Under the pieces are notes generated by a model. That model saw only the letters and a list, made by a program, of their open reading frames with translations. It ran no database searches and had not been told where the DNA came from. Made by a program: the position numbers and the translations under genes. A stretch of 64,000 nucleotides of DNA from Kofleriaceae bacterium. GTDB lineage: Bacteria > Myxococcota_A > Polyangia > Haliangiales > Haliangiaceae. Shown here piece by piece: positions 23,239 through 32,265 of the stretch. The DNA is taken from positions 98,574 through 162,573 of the forward strand of contig CBDCCZ010000019.1 of NCBI GenBank assembly GCA_965215005.1, given 5' to 3'. Each line of letters starts with the position of its first letter. Position 1 is the first letter of the stretch.

Positions 23239-23353
23239 CGCCAAAGCGCCGGCGAGCCCGTCCTCGGCGGCTCTTCCTGGTTCACTACATTTCACCCCCG
23301 CCTTTTCGCACGGCCGCACCGCCTTAGGCAGGTGCGCGCTGTCGGGCGCTTAC

Positions 23354-23700
23354 CCTTCACCTCCTTGGCGCGTTGAACGGATTTGCGATCCCTTCACCTC
23401 CTTGACGCGTTGAACGGATTTGCGATCCCTTCACCCTCGACGCGATGAACGGATTTGGGATCCCTTCACATCTAGATGCGTGAACGGGTTTGCAAATCGT
23501 TCACATCTAGACGCGCTAAACGATTTGCGATCCCTTCACCTCCTTGACGCGTTGAACGGATTTGCGATCCTTCACATCTAGACACGTTGAACGGATTTGC
23601 GATCCCTTCACTGCGCTCCGATCCCATTCGCTCCACGGTGAATAGATTCGCGATCCGTTCAGCTCACGCCACGATGAATCGACTCGCGACACGTTGACCT
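23354..23700. repeat. Palindromic tandem array, right part (7 good units plus degenerate ones to about 23821)
   Basis: Same core as the left part; resumes in exact register after the TSD. Confidence 0.93.
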
Positions 23701-24010
23701 CTCGCCGGCGGTGAACTGAATCCAGCTCTGAGTCTGGGCGTTATGAACGGGGCCGAGTTTTGTTCACTCATCGGCACGGCACCCCATCGCAGTAGTGCTG
23801 AATGGATTCGTCAGAGGTTCACTCGTCGACGCTTCACCGGGTGCTGCTGCGACTGTGTCTCCAGGGGCTCGAATCGGTGAGTACGGAGACATAAGGAGGA
23901 ATTCGGTGAATGATTTCGTCAAACGTTCACGTCATGGTCGCTTCGCCGGCGGTGAGACTTGACCTCGACTGGGCTAGGGCCCTAAACGCGTAGCGAAAGA
24001 GGTCGCCCTC

Positions 24011-25015
24011 ATGCATTTCATCGATGATGCCAAGGTTCACGTAAAGGCCGGAGACGGTGGCAACGGCTGCGTGGCGTTTCGCCGAGAAGCGCACGTTCCG
24101 CGCGGCGGCCCTGCCGGGGGCGACGGGGGCGACGGGGGCAGCGTAATCGCCGTCGCCGACCCTCAGCTTTCGACGCTGCTCGACTTCAAATACAACCGTC
24201 ATTATCGAGCCGAGCGAGGCGAAGATGGCCGCGGCAAGGATCAGTACGGCAAGACCGGTTCGGACCTGATCCTGAGAGTCCCCGTCGGCACCGTCATCCA
24301 TGATGCGGAGACGGGGCATCGCCTGGCCGACCTAGACCAGGCTGACGCTCGCTTCGTGATCTGTCAGGGCGGAAAGGGTGGGCTCGGCAACATCCACTTT
24401 TCGACTCCATGGAATCAAGCGCCAAGAGACTCCTCGCCGGGCACTCCGGGCGAAGAGCGGCACGTGCGCTTCGAGCTCAAGCTGATGGCGGATGTCGGGC
24501 TTCTCGGCTATCCGAGTGTGGGCAAGTCGACGTTCATCTCCAAGGTCTCGCGAGCGCGCCCGAAGATCGCCGATTATCCATTCACCACTCTGGTGCCGAA
24601 CCTCGGGATGGTTCGGCTCTCCGATGACCGTTCACTCGTTGTCGCCGATATCCCTGGCCTCATTGAAGGCGCCGCGGACGGCGCCGGACTGGGTCATCGG
24701 TTTTTGCGACACGTGGAGCGCACCCGCGTCCTGCTGCACATCCTTGAGGATTCGTTGACCGCGGGTCCTGAGCGCAACCCCCAAAAGGATTTCGACACGC
24801 TCAACGCCGAGCTCGCCAAGTATGCGCCCGAACTGGCAGCGAAGCCGCAGGTGGTGGCACTTAATAAAGTGGATCTCACCGAGACTCGTGACAGCGCCGA
24901 TGCATTGACGAAAGCCTTCGCAGCCCGCGGGATCGACCTGCACCTGATATCAGCCGCCACGGGTGAGGGCATTCCGCAGCTCCTGGAGCTCATCTGGCAC
25001 ACGGCTCGGGCGTAG
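24011..25015 (+). CDS. obgE: GTPase ObgE/CgtA
   Basis: Gly-rich Obg fold, GYPSVGKST, DYPFTTL, DIPG and NKVD motifs. Confidence 0.97.
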   Translation: MHFIDDAKVHVKAGDGGNGCVAFRREAHVPRGGPAGGDGGDGGSVIAVADPQLSTLLDFKYNRHYRAERGEDGRGKDQYGKTGSDLILRVPVGTVIHDAETGHRLADLDQADARFVICQGGKGGLGNIHFSTPWNQAPRDSSPGTPGEERHVRFELKLMADVGLLGYPSVGKSTFISKVSRARPKIADYPFTTLVPNLGMVRLSDDRSLVVADIPGLIEGAADGAGLGHRFLRHVERTRVLLHILEDSLTAGPERNPQKDFDTLNAELAKYAPELAAKPQVVALNKVDLTETRDSADALTKAFAARGIDLHLISAATGEGIPQLLELIWHTARA

Positions 25016-25338
25016 GTGCTGCCGAAATCCAGTTTGAGTGAGCGCGTGCACAGCGTTTGAACCCTTCGCTTCGTGATTCGGTCGAAGGTCGAGGATGAGC
25101 ACGCGGCGTTTGTCGACCACTCCGCTAGCTCTGTCAGCGCCGGCACGACACAATGGGCAGCGCCGTGGAACTCACTCCCGCGGCGATTAGAACCGCAAGG
25201 GGCGCGGCTCGCGCTTGATGCCCCAAATCACCGATGTTACAACTAGTTCCGCTTAATCCGAGCGCGGGGGAACTTGCCGTCCGCCACCCGCGCGGGCAAT
25301 CCCGGACCAGATCCGGGGACCAAGGTTGGAGGGATCCT

Positions 25339-26175
25339 GTGAGCCGATCGTCCATTGCCGCGCGCGGCGCCGTTCTATCCGTCGTCGCAGCGGCGCTCTT
25401 GATCACCAGCGCCGCGTCGGCGCAAACCACGCCGCCGTCTGGCACCGTCCCCCAGGGTGCCGATCAGCCCGCCGACCAGGCGTCTCCGGCAAACACCACC
25501 CCGGGCACCGCGCCGCCCGAGGGAGTACCGCCCGAAGGAGTACCGCCCGAAGGAGTGCCGCCCGAGGGAGTACCGCCCGAGGGAGTACCGCCCGAAGACG
25601 ATGCACCCGCTGGGGATCCCACGGCCGCTTCCGAAGGCGACGCGGCAACCGGGGATATGCCAGTGAATCTTCGCTTGCGCCGACTAGAGCAGCAGGTGCA
25701 AGCACTCAAGGAACGGGCATGGCGGGCCAAGGCACGCGTCGGCATGCTCAAAGAGGCGGTTCTCGGCGGCGGTGTCGGCGCCCAAGCAACCATCGTCCAC
25801 GAAGACAAGATGGGCAGCTCGTTCCGGCTCGAGAAGCTTGTTTACGCGCTCGATGGCACGCAAATCTTCGCGCGCAACGATGAGAGCGGCAACCTGCACA
25901 AGCAAGAGTCGTTCGAGATCTTGACTGGCCCTATAGCGCCGGGCAGTCACACCCTGAGCGTGTTGGCGGTGTACCGCGGGCACGGCTACGGTGTCTTCAG
26001 TTACCTCAACAAGTATAAATTCACGGTCCGGTCGAGCCATACCTTCACAGCAAGTGAAGGCAAGAGCACCCGTATCGAGGTGGTCGGCTTCGAGAAGGGC
26101 GGCGTAACGACACCGCTGGAGAAGCGTCCGGCTATCGACTTCAAGGTCTCCAACTCCCAAGGCCCTGGAAACTGA
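25339..26175 (+). CDS. Secreted protein (Pro-rich linker, coiled coil, beta domain), first gene of the Glt-like operon
   Basis: GGAGGG RBS before GTG 25339; signal peptide ending ASA-Q. Confidence 0.8.
   Translation: MSRSSIAARGAVLSVVAAALLITSAASAQTTPPSGTVPQGADQPADQASPANTTPGTAPPEGVPPEGVPPEGVPPEGVPPEGVPPEDDAPAGDPTAASEGDAATGDMPVNLRLRRLEQQVQALKERAWRAKARVGMLKEAVLGGGVGAQATIVHEDKMGSSFRLEKLVYALDGTQIFARNDESGNLHKQESFEILTGPIAPGSHTLSVLAVYRGHGYGVFSYLNKYKFTVRSSHTFTASEGKSTRIEVVGFEKGGVTTPLEKRPAIDFKVSNSQGPGN
25513..25597 (+). repeat. 15-bp coding tandem repeat (PPEGV, 5 full units plus a partial one)
   Basis: CCGCCCGARGGAGTR units. Confidence 0.95.
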
Positions 26176-26177
26176 TC

Positions 26178-28538
26178 ATGAAACCACGCGCCACGCATCT
26201 AATGATGGGGCTCGCGGCCGCGGTCGCGCTAACGGCGGCCCACCGCGGTGCGCGAGCCGACGCCGTCGACAGGATCGGAAGACGTCTCATCGAGCTGCAG
26301 GGCGAGGCGCAGGGGCTATCGCAGGGCATTCGCCGTCCAGAGCAGCAGGCGCCAGCAGACGCAGACGCGCGCCGTCTCATCGATGCACAGGTTGCGTTTG
26401 GCATCGGCAACTTCGACGACGCAGCGCTCATGCTCTACGACTTTGTCGAAAGCAATCCGCGTCACCGGGCGATTGATGAAGCGCTGTACTACCTCGCCGA
26501 GTCGCTGTTTCAGAAAGGTGACAACGTCGCCGCTCGCAGCTTCTTTCTCAGACTCGTCAACGACCATCCTCAGAGTAAGTTCTATCAACAGGGTCTCGAA
26601 CGACTGGTAGAGCTCTCGCTGAAGCTGCGCGATGCGACGGGTGTTGATGCTTGGCTCACCGCGCTCGCCAATCTGCCAGCGGGTGCGCGACGACCATCGG
26701 TGCCTTATGTTCGCGGCAAGTACGCCTTCTTCTCCGAGAACTATGCAGAGGCGTTACAGCATTTCCGCGAAGTGGAAAGCGGGTCTCAGTACTGGTTCCA
26801 GGCGAAGTACTTCACGGGAGCATCCCACATCGCCCTCGGAAATCTGACCGAAGCGGTGCAGGCCTACTCGGAGCTGGTCAAGGCTCGCCCGCAACGTCCC
26901 GAGGACAAGCGGGTCCTAGAGCTCGCGCACATGGCGCTCGGACGCCTCTACTACGAACGCGATCAACCATCCAAAGCGATCGACGAGTATCTGATGATCT
27001 CCCGTCGATCGGACTTATTCGATGAAGCGCTCTACGAGGTGGCGTGGGTGTACGTAAAGAGCAAACAGTTCGAAAAAGCACTGCGCGCCCTCGAGCTGCT
27101 CGCACTAACCGATCCAACGTCTTCGAAGATGCCGGAGGTGCGTATTCTCGAGGGAAACCTCCGCATCCGAAAAGCGCAAAATCTTGCCGCGCTCAGCACC
27201 GGCAACGACGTGGAGGAGTACGTCAAGGCGATCCGCACCTTCGAGAAGACGCGAGAAGCGTTTGATGAACCATACCAAGAGCTGGTGAAGGCGATCGAAG
27301 CGCAGCAAGATCCATCGGTCTATTTGGCGCAAATCACGGGACGAACTTCGGAGGCCTTCGACGTGCAGTCGACGTTGCCCGAGACGGCGGCGGCATGGAT
27401 TCGCGAGCAGCCAGAAGTTCAGCGCGTAGTTGGAATAGAAACGGACTTGGCGCAAATTTCCGATGAAATCGGCGAAGCGGAGCGCACCATTGGAAGGCTC
27501 GAGCACGCCATCTCATCGCCGTCACGGGTGCACATTTTTCCCACCCTCGCAGACAAACGCACCCGCTCGACCGAGATCCTCGAGGAGCTGTTTCGCCTTC
27601 GCCAGGAGATTGCTCAGCACGAGCGTGGACTGGTGGGCAAGTATGCAACTCCGACGGAAAAAGCCGAGCTTCAGCGCTTGCAGTCGCGGCGCGCTGAAGT
27701 TGCCGCTCAGCTAGCCGAGTTACCCAATGCCGGATCTCCCTATGGTCAGCGCGTCGAGCTAGCCAAAGAGCAGTTCGATCAACTGGATCAACGGGCGGCG
27801 GAGATTCGCACGGTGATCGATACAACGATGGCAACCATCATCGCGCTCGAGAAGTACATGAATGATGAGGACGAGGAAGGCCTGTCCAAGAGCGAGGCGA
27901 GCGCATATCGCGACAACATTACTGAGCTTCAGGCTGAGCTGCTTCAGCTCCAGCGCGAGCTCGAAGATGTTCGGCGAGAGATGGTCTTGGCTAGAGACCT
28001 CGCAGGAACGGGTGACGAGGTCGCCGACCGTGCCGTCGGTTTGCGCGCGGCGCTGCGCCAAGCGCTCGATGACGAGCACCGATACATGACGCAGATCTTC
28101 GCTCGCGCCGGCGGCCGCGACCGCACCAAGGCTGATCAAATCACCTCCCTCACGCGCACCGCCAATGCCATTACGGTAACGCTGGACCAAAGCAACGAGA
28201 AGATCGACAAGATCGTTGACCTGGCGCTCGCCGACGTCCGCGGTGACCTCGAGGAGGAGAAAGCCAAGCTGGCGGCGTACAAGCGCGAGTTCATCACCTA
28301 CGAAGGCGAGTCTCGCGAGCTCGGCGGCGCGATTCTCGCTTCGAGCTTCGGCGAGGTGAAGGACAAGTTCTACGACATCATCGTCCGCTCGGACATTGGC
28401 ATCATCGACGTGACCTGGTCGCAGAAAGAGAGCGTCGACGAAGCGACGCAGCGTCTCGGTCTCGATAAACAACGCGAGATTCGAACCTTGCGCGAAGACT
28501 TCCGCGAGCTTCTCGAAGGGGAGCTGGGAGAAGAGTGA
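26178..28538 (+). CDS. Secreted TPR/coiled-coil protein (GltC-like)
   Basis: Signal peptide, TPRs and long coiled coil; position in the operon. Confidence 0.75.
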   Translation: MKPRATHLMMGLAAAVALTAAHRGARADAVDRIGRRLIELQGEAQGLSQGIRRPEQQAPADADARRLIDAQVAFGIGNFDDAALMLYDFVESNPRHRAIDEALYYLAESLFQKGDNVAARSFFLRLVNDHPQSKFYQQGLERLVELSLKLRDATGVDAWLTALANLPAGARRPSVPYVRGKYAFFSENYAEALQHFREVESGSQYWFQAKYFTGASHIALGNLTEAVQAYSELVKARPQRPEDKRVLELAHMALGRLYYERDQPSKAIDEYLMISRRSDLFDEALYEVAWVYVKSKQFEKALRALELLALTDPTSSKMPEVRILEGNLRIRKAQNLAALSTGNDVEEYVKAIRTFEKTREAFDEPYQELVKAIEAQQDPSVYLAQITGRTSEAFDVQSTLPETAAAWIREQPEVQRVVGIETDLAQISDEIGEAERTIGRLEHAISSPSRVHIFPTLADKRTRSTEILEELFRLRQEIAQHERGLVGKYATPTEKAELQRLQSRRAEVAAQLAELPNAGSPYGQRVELAKEQFDQLDQRAAEIRTVIDTTMATIIALEKYMNDEDEEGLSKSEASAYRDNITELQAELLQLQRELEDVRREMVLARDLAGTGDEVADRAVGLRAALRQALDDEHRYMTQIFARAGGRDRTKADQITSLTRTANAITVTLDQSNEKIDKIVDLALADVRGDLEEEKAKLAAYKREFITYEGESRELGGAILASSFGEVKDKFYDIIVRSDIGIIDVTWSQKESVDEATQRLGLDKQREIRTLREDFRELLEGELGEE

Positions 28539-31500
28539 TGCGACATATCCTGCGCGCCGCGGTGGTTGCGGCGGTTCTCGCTCCGCTGGCTATACCGGCG
28601 CTTTCCAACGCACAGCCGGCGAATCCAACCCAGGCGCGCCCGCCGCGCGTGCCGCCTCCCCCGCAGGCGGGCCCGACGGATCAGGCGCCGCTCGACATGA
28701 GCGAAATCGAGCTTCTTACGGAAATCGAGGATGACTACCGCCGCTATACCGAAGCGGCCGAGCGTCACCGCGAGCGCATGCGCGCCATCCTCAAAGGCGA
28801 GTTCGACGAGCGTCGCCGCACGCTTGAGAAACGCTACGACGAACGCATTGCACGCGCCGAACGCGAACGCCGACGCCGACATTTAGAAGCCGTCGCACTG
28901 CTCGAAAAGTTCATCAAAGAGCACCCAAATCAGCCGCAGTTCACGCCCGATGCGATGTTCCGTTTGGCCGACCTCTATCTTGATGAGGCGGAATGGGAGC
29001 TCGAGCGAATCGAAGAAGAAGGCAACTTCGATGAGGAGCCCATCGCCGATTACTCGCGAGCGATCGCGCTGTGGGACGAGATCATCGAGAAGTTTCCCGA
29101 CTACCGACAGTTGCCTGGCACCATTTATCTCCGCGCGCACTACGGCAAGATCGAAGATGAGCGCAAGTCGCTCCAGCTGTTCCTGTCGCTCGTCTGCGCA
29201 AACAAGTATTCGCCCTCGGGCGAGCCGCCACCGATGATGACGGAGGCAGAGGTCCGACAACGGTACGATCAACGCGCCCTCGCCAATCCCTACGCGGATT
29301 GCGTACCGATGAAGGACGCTGACCCCGAGCTACTAAACCACGCCTGGATTCGCGGAGTTGGCGATCATCACTTCAACGTGCCTGGCGAGCTCGACGAGGC
29401 GATTGCTGCCTATAACAAGGTGGCTGGCTCGCCGGAAGCCGAGCTCTACCCCGAGTCACTCTACAAGCTGGCGTGGTCGTACTATCGGCGTGATTATCTG
29501 CTCGACGCCATCAAGAACTTCGACAAGTCGGTGGTTCTGTATGACGAGCTCGTCGCCCGCGGGGAGCAGCCCAAGCTCGAGCTTCGTCAGGAGGCGCTTC
29601 AGTACATCGCCGTTTCGTTCACCGACCCCTGGGAAGGTGAGCTCGAGACCGATCCCGACAAGGCACTGGCACGAGCCAAAGAGTTCTATGCAGGCCGTCA
29701 AGACGATCCGCACATGCGTGATGTGTGGGAAGCGCTTGGCCGCGCTCTGCTGGAGCTGCAAGCCTACGATCAAGCGGTCGACGTCTTCTACACGGCGATC
29801 GCCGAGCCATGGCACCTGCACCCCAACAATCCGGTGCTGCACCAGGAAATCGTGAATGCTCTAGAGGCCAAAGGCGACAAGTACGCGGCTGACGAAGCCG
29901 CGGCTGAGCTGGCAACTCGATACGCTCCTGGCAGCGCCTGGTACACCGCCAACGCCACCGATCGCGAAGCGATGGAAAATTATCGCCGCATCGGCGAGCG
30001 CATGCTGTACGCGGCAGCGCGCAACATGCATGCAGCGGCATCACGAACCCGCGAAGAGGCCGAGGCCACCAAAGATCCCGCCAAGATGGCGGAAGCGATG
30101 AAGCTCTACGCGCGGGCCATCGAGCTCTATCAGAGCTTCATCGAGCAATATCCAGAGTCCGAGTACACCTACGACTTCACGTTTGCGATGGCCGAAGCGA
30201 TGCTGTTCTCCGATCGCCATCTCGATGCTATCGAGCATTATCGATGGGTCCGCGACCATCGCGACCTCAATGAGAAGTACTTCCAGGACTCCGCCAGAAG
30301 GATCATCCAGGCGCTGGAGATCGAAGAGAAGAAGCAGATTGCGGCCGGCCAGGTTCAGCCGCTGAACGTCCCCACCGCCGAGCAGCTCAAGGCTCTCCCT
30401 CAACCGATCCAGCCGCAGCAGATACCAGAAATTCATCAACGGCTGCAAAAGGCGTGGGATGAGTATCAGCAGCTGGTCAACGATCCCAAGACGGCGCCGG
30501 AGATGGGCATCAACGCCGGGCGCGTGTCACTCGCCTACTACCATCTCGACGACGCGCTGGCGCGCTTTGAGCAAGTGTTCAGCAAGTTCTGCGGTACCGA
30601 AGCGGCGGTGAAGGCCAAGGATGCAATGCTGGTCATCCACGATGCCCGCGGGGAGGAGGAGAAGTTCCAAGACCTCAATCAGCGGTTCATCGCGCAGCAG
30701 TGCGGCGATACCGAGTCAATCGAGCTAGCTAAATCGCAGAATCGATCGATTGAGTTTCGCCAGGCCGAGCGAATGCTCGAGCAGCGTCAATACGAAGCCG
30801 CCGCTCGAGAATTCTACGGGTATTACAAGCGCGCCCCCGAAGGGGACAAGGATCTGCCCACCGCCCTCTACAACGCGGCCTACGCGTATGGCTTGGCGGG
30901 CAAGCCGAAGACGTCGATTCATCTCTACAAAGAGTTCATCAATAACGACTCGCCGCTTTACAAGCAGAGCCCTTACTACCTCGAGGCGCTACGGCTCACG
31001 GGTCGGTCGTATCAAAACACGTACGACTACGACAACGCCGTCAAGACGTACATGTCGCTCTACGACGAGGCATCGAACGCCAAACGTCGTGGCTATCAAC
31101 CGCATCCCGACAGTGCAGCGGAGGGAGAAGCGTACTTCAAGCAAACGGCACTCGAGGGGCTGTTCAACGCGGCAGTGAACCTAGAGCTCGACCGCGACTT
31201 CGATCAAGCCGTTCGTCGGTATCGTCAATACGAGCAAGAAGAGCCGGATCGGCGAAAAAGCGATCGCGCTATGTGGGCCATCGCTCGCATCCACCGCACG
31301 CGTGGCGATGTGAACAGCCTCGCCCAGACCTACGAGCAATGGCGCCGCAAGTACGGCCGCGATGCTGGCAACGATGATGACTACGTCTTCAGCTACTACG
31401 ATACTGCTCGCGCGTACCGCGACAAACGACGAACCCGCGATGCCGAGCGCCTCGAGCGCGAAACCATCGACGCCTGGAAACGCATTGGCGCACCCACCAA

Positions 31501-32032
31501 GACTCGCGCGGCGGAATTGGCCGGCGAATACGAGCTGGAGCAGGCAGAGCGCTACTTCAAGAACACCTGGGTACCGCTAAAAATTACGCAGGCCGCCCGC
31601 AACGACCGCCAGGCCAAAGAGCAAAAGGAGCGGCTCGACCAAGCGGCGAAGAACGTGCAAGACCGCTACCTCGCCCTCGATAAGTACGGCGTGCTCGACT
31701 ACACCATGGCGGCCAAGGTGCGCTACGGCGAGAGCCTCACCGACTACGCGGTGAAGTTCTTCGAGGTGCCAACGCCCCGCCACATCATCGCCCTCAACGA
31801 CAAGTATCCGGACCAAGAGGTCCTGGCCAAGTACGAGTCGCAGCTAGCAGCTCGTCTCGCGCCGCTAGCGGGTGAGGCGAAAAAACAGTGGGAAGAGGTT
31901 CTCACGCTCGCCAAGCAAGCTGAGCTCGCGAACGAATGGTCGCAGCGGGCGCGAGAGCTACTCAACCAGGAATTCCCGAACGAGTACCCGGTGCTTCATC
32001 AAGAAATCATCGAGGGCACGGAGGAGCCATGA
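28538..32032 (+). CDS. Large secreted TPR protein (GltD/AgmU-like)
   Basis: PDAMFRLADLY, YKLAWSYY and LRQEALQYIA motifs; about 1160 aa. Confidence 0.8.
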   Translation: MRHILRAAVVAAVLAPLAIPALSNAQPANPTQARPPRVPPPPQAGPTDQAPLDMSEIELLTEIEDDYRRYTEAAERHRERMRAILKGEFDERRRTLEKRYDERIARAERERRRRHLEAVALLEKFIKEHPNQPQFTPDAMFRLADLYLDEAEWELERIEEEGNFDEEPIADYSRAIALWDEIIEKFPDYRQLPGTIYLRAHYGKIEDERKSLQLFLSLVCANKYSPSGEPPPMMTEAEVRQRYDQRALANPYADCVPMKDADPELLNHAWIRGVGDHHFNVPGELDEAIAAYNKVAGSPEAELYPESLYKLAWSYYRRDYLLDAIKNFDKSVVLYDELVARGEQPKLELRQEALQYIAVSFTDPWEGELETDPDKALARAKEFYAGRQDDPHMRDVWEALGRALLELQAYDQAVDVFYTAIAEPWHLHPNNPVLHQEIVNALEAKGDKYAADEAAAELATRYAPGSAWYTANATDREAMENYRRIGERMLYAAARNMHAAASRTREEAEATKDPAKMAEAMKLYARAIELYQSFIEQYPESEYTYDFTFAMAEAMLFSDRHLDAIEHYRWVRDHRDLNEKYFQDSARRIIQALEIEEKKQIAAGQVQPLNVPTAEQLKALPQPIQPQQIPEIHQRLQKAWDEYQQLVNDPKTAPEMGINAGRVSLAYYHLDDALARFEQVFSKFCGTEAAVKAKDAMLVIHDARGEEEKFQDLNQRFIAQQCGDTESIELAKSQNRSIEFRQAERMLEQRQYEAAAREFYGYYKRAPEGDKDLPTALYNAAYAYGLAGKPKTSIHLYKEFINNDSPLYKQSPYYLEALRLTGRSYQNTYDYDNAVKTYMSLYDEASNAKRRGYQPHPDSAAEGEAYFKQTALEGLFNAAVNLELDRDFDQAVRRYRQYEQEEPDRRKSDRAMWAIARIHRTRGDVNSLAQTYEQWRRKYGRDAGNDDDYVFSYYDTARAYRDKRRTRDAERLERETIDAWKRIGAPTKTRAAELAGEYELEQAERYFKNTWVPLKITQAARNDRQAKEQKERLDQAAKNVQDRYLALDKYGVLDYTMAAKVRYGESLTDYAVKFFEVPTPRHIIALNDKYPDQEVLAKYESQLAARLAPLAGEAKKQWEEVLTLAKQAELANEWSQRARELLNQEFPNEYPVLHQEIIEGTEEP

Positions 32033-32265
32033 AGGCAATCCCGCAATTACGACCCCTCAGGGCTCATGACGCGGTTCACGCCTGCCTCGGTGCGGGGCGG
32101 GGGCGGCCGTCGAGCACTGTGCAAGCCTCCGTTTCGACGACTCCATCATCGCTTGGGGGGTTCCCCATGATTCAGGACCTCGGCGAGAAACCAGTAGACC
32201 GCTGCCCGCCCCTGCGCGTTACCACCTCCAGGCGCCGCACTAGCGCACGTGAAGTGTTGATTCCA

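Larger units (their letters stand above)
20826..23353 (+). mobile_element. Complete IS66-family element (2528 bp), 8-bp target duplication CCTTCACC
   Basis: IRL GTATCCGCCCGACAGTCCGCACCT and IRR (reverse complement) GTAAGCGCCCGACAGCGCGCACCT. TSD at 20818-20825 and 23354-23361. Carries tnpA, tnpB and tnpC. Confidence 0.97.

Noticed and set aside
20318..23700. CRISPR array
   Set aside because: Linkers are only about 12-14 nt, related to each other and recur cyclically. There are no unique spacers and no cas genes in the window.
20318..23700. TIGR-type guide array (about 36-nt period)
   Set aside because: There are no two variable ~9-nt spacers per unit and no Nop-domain (Tas) gene nearby; only the period is similar.
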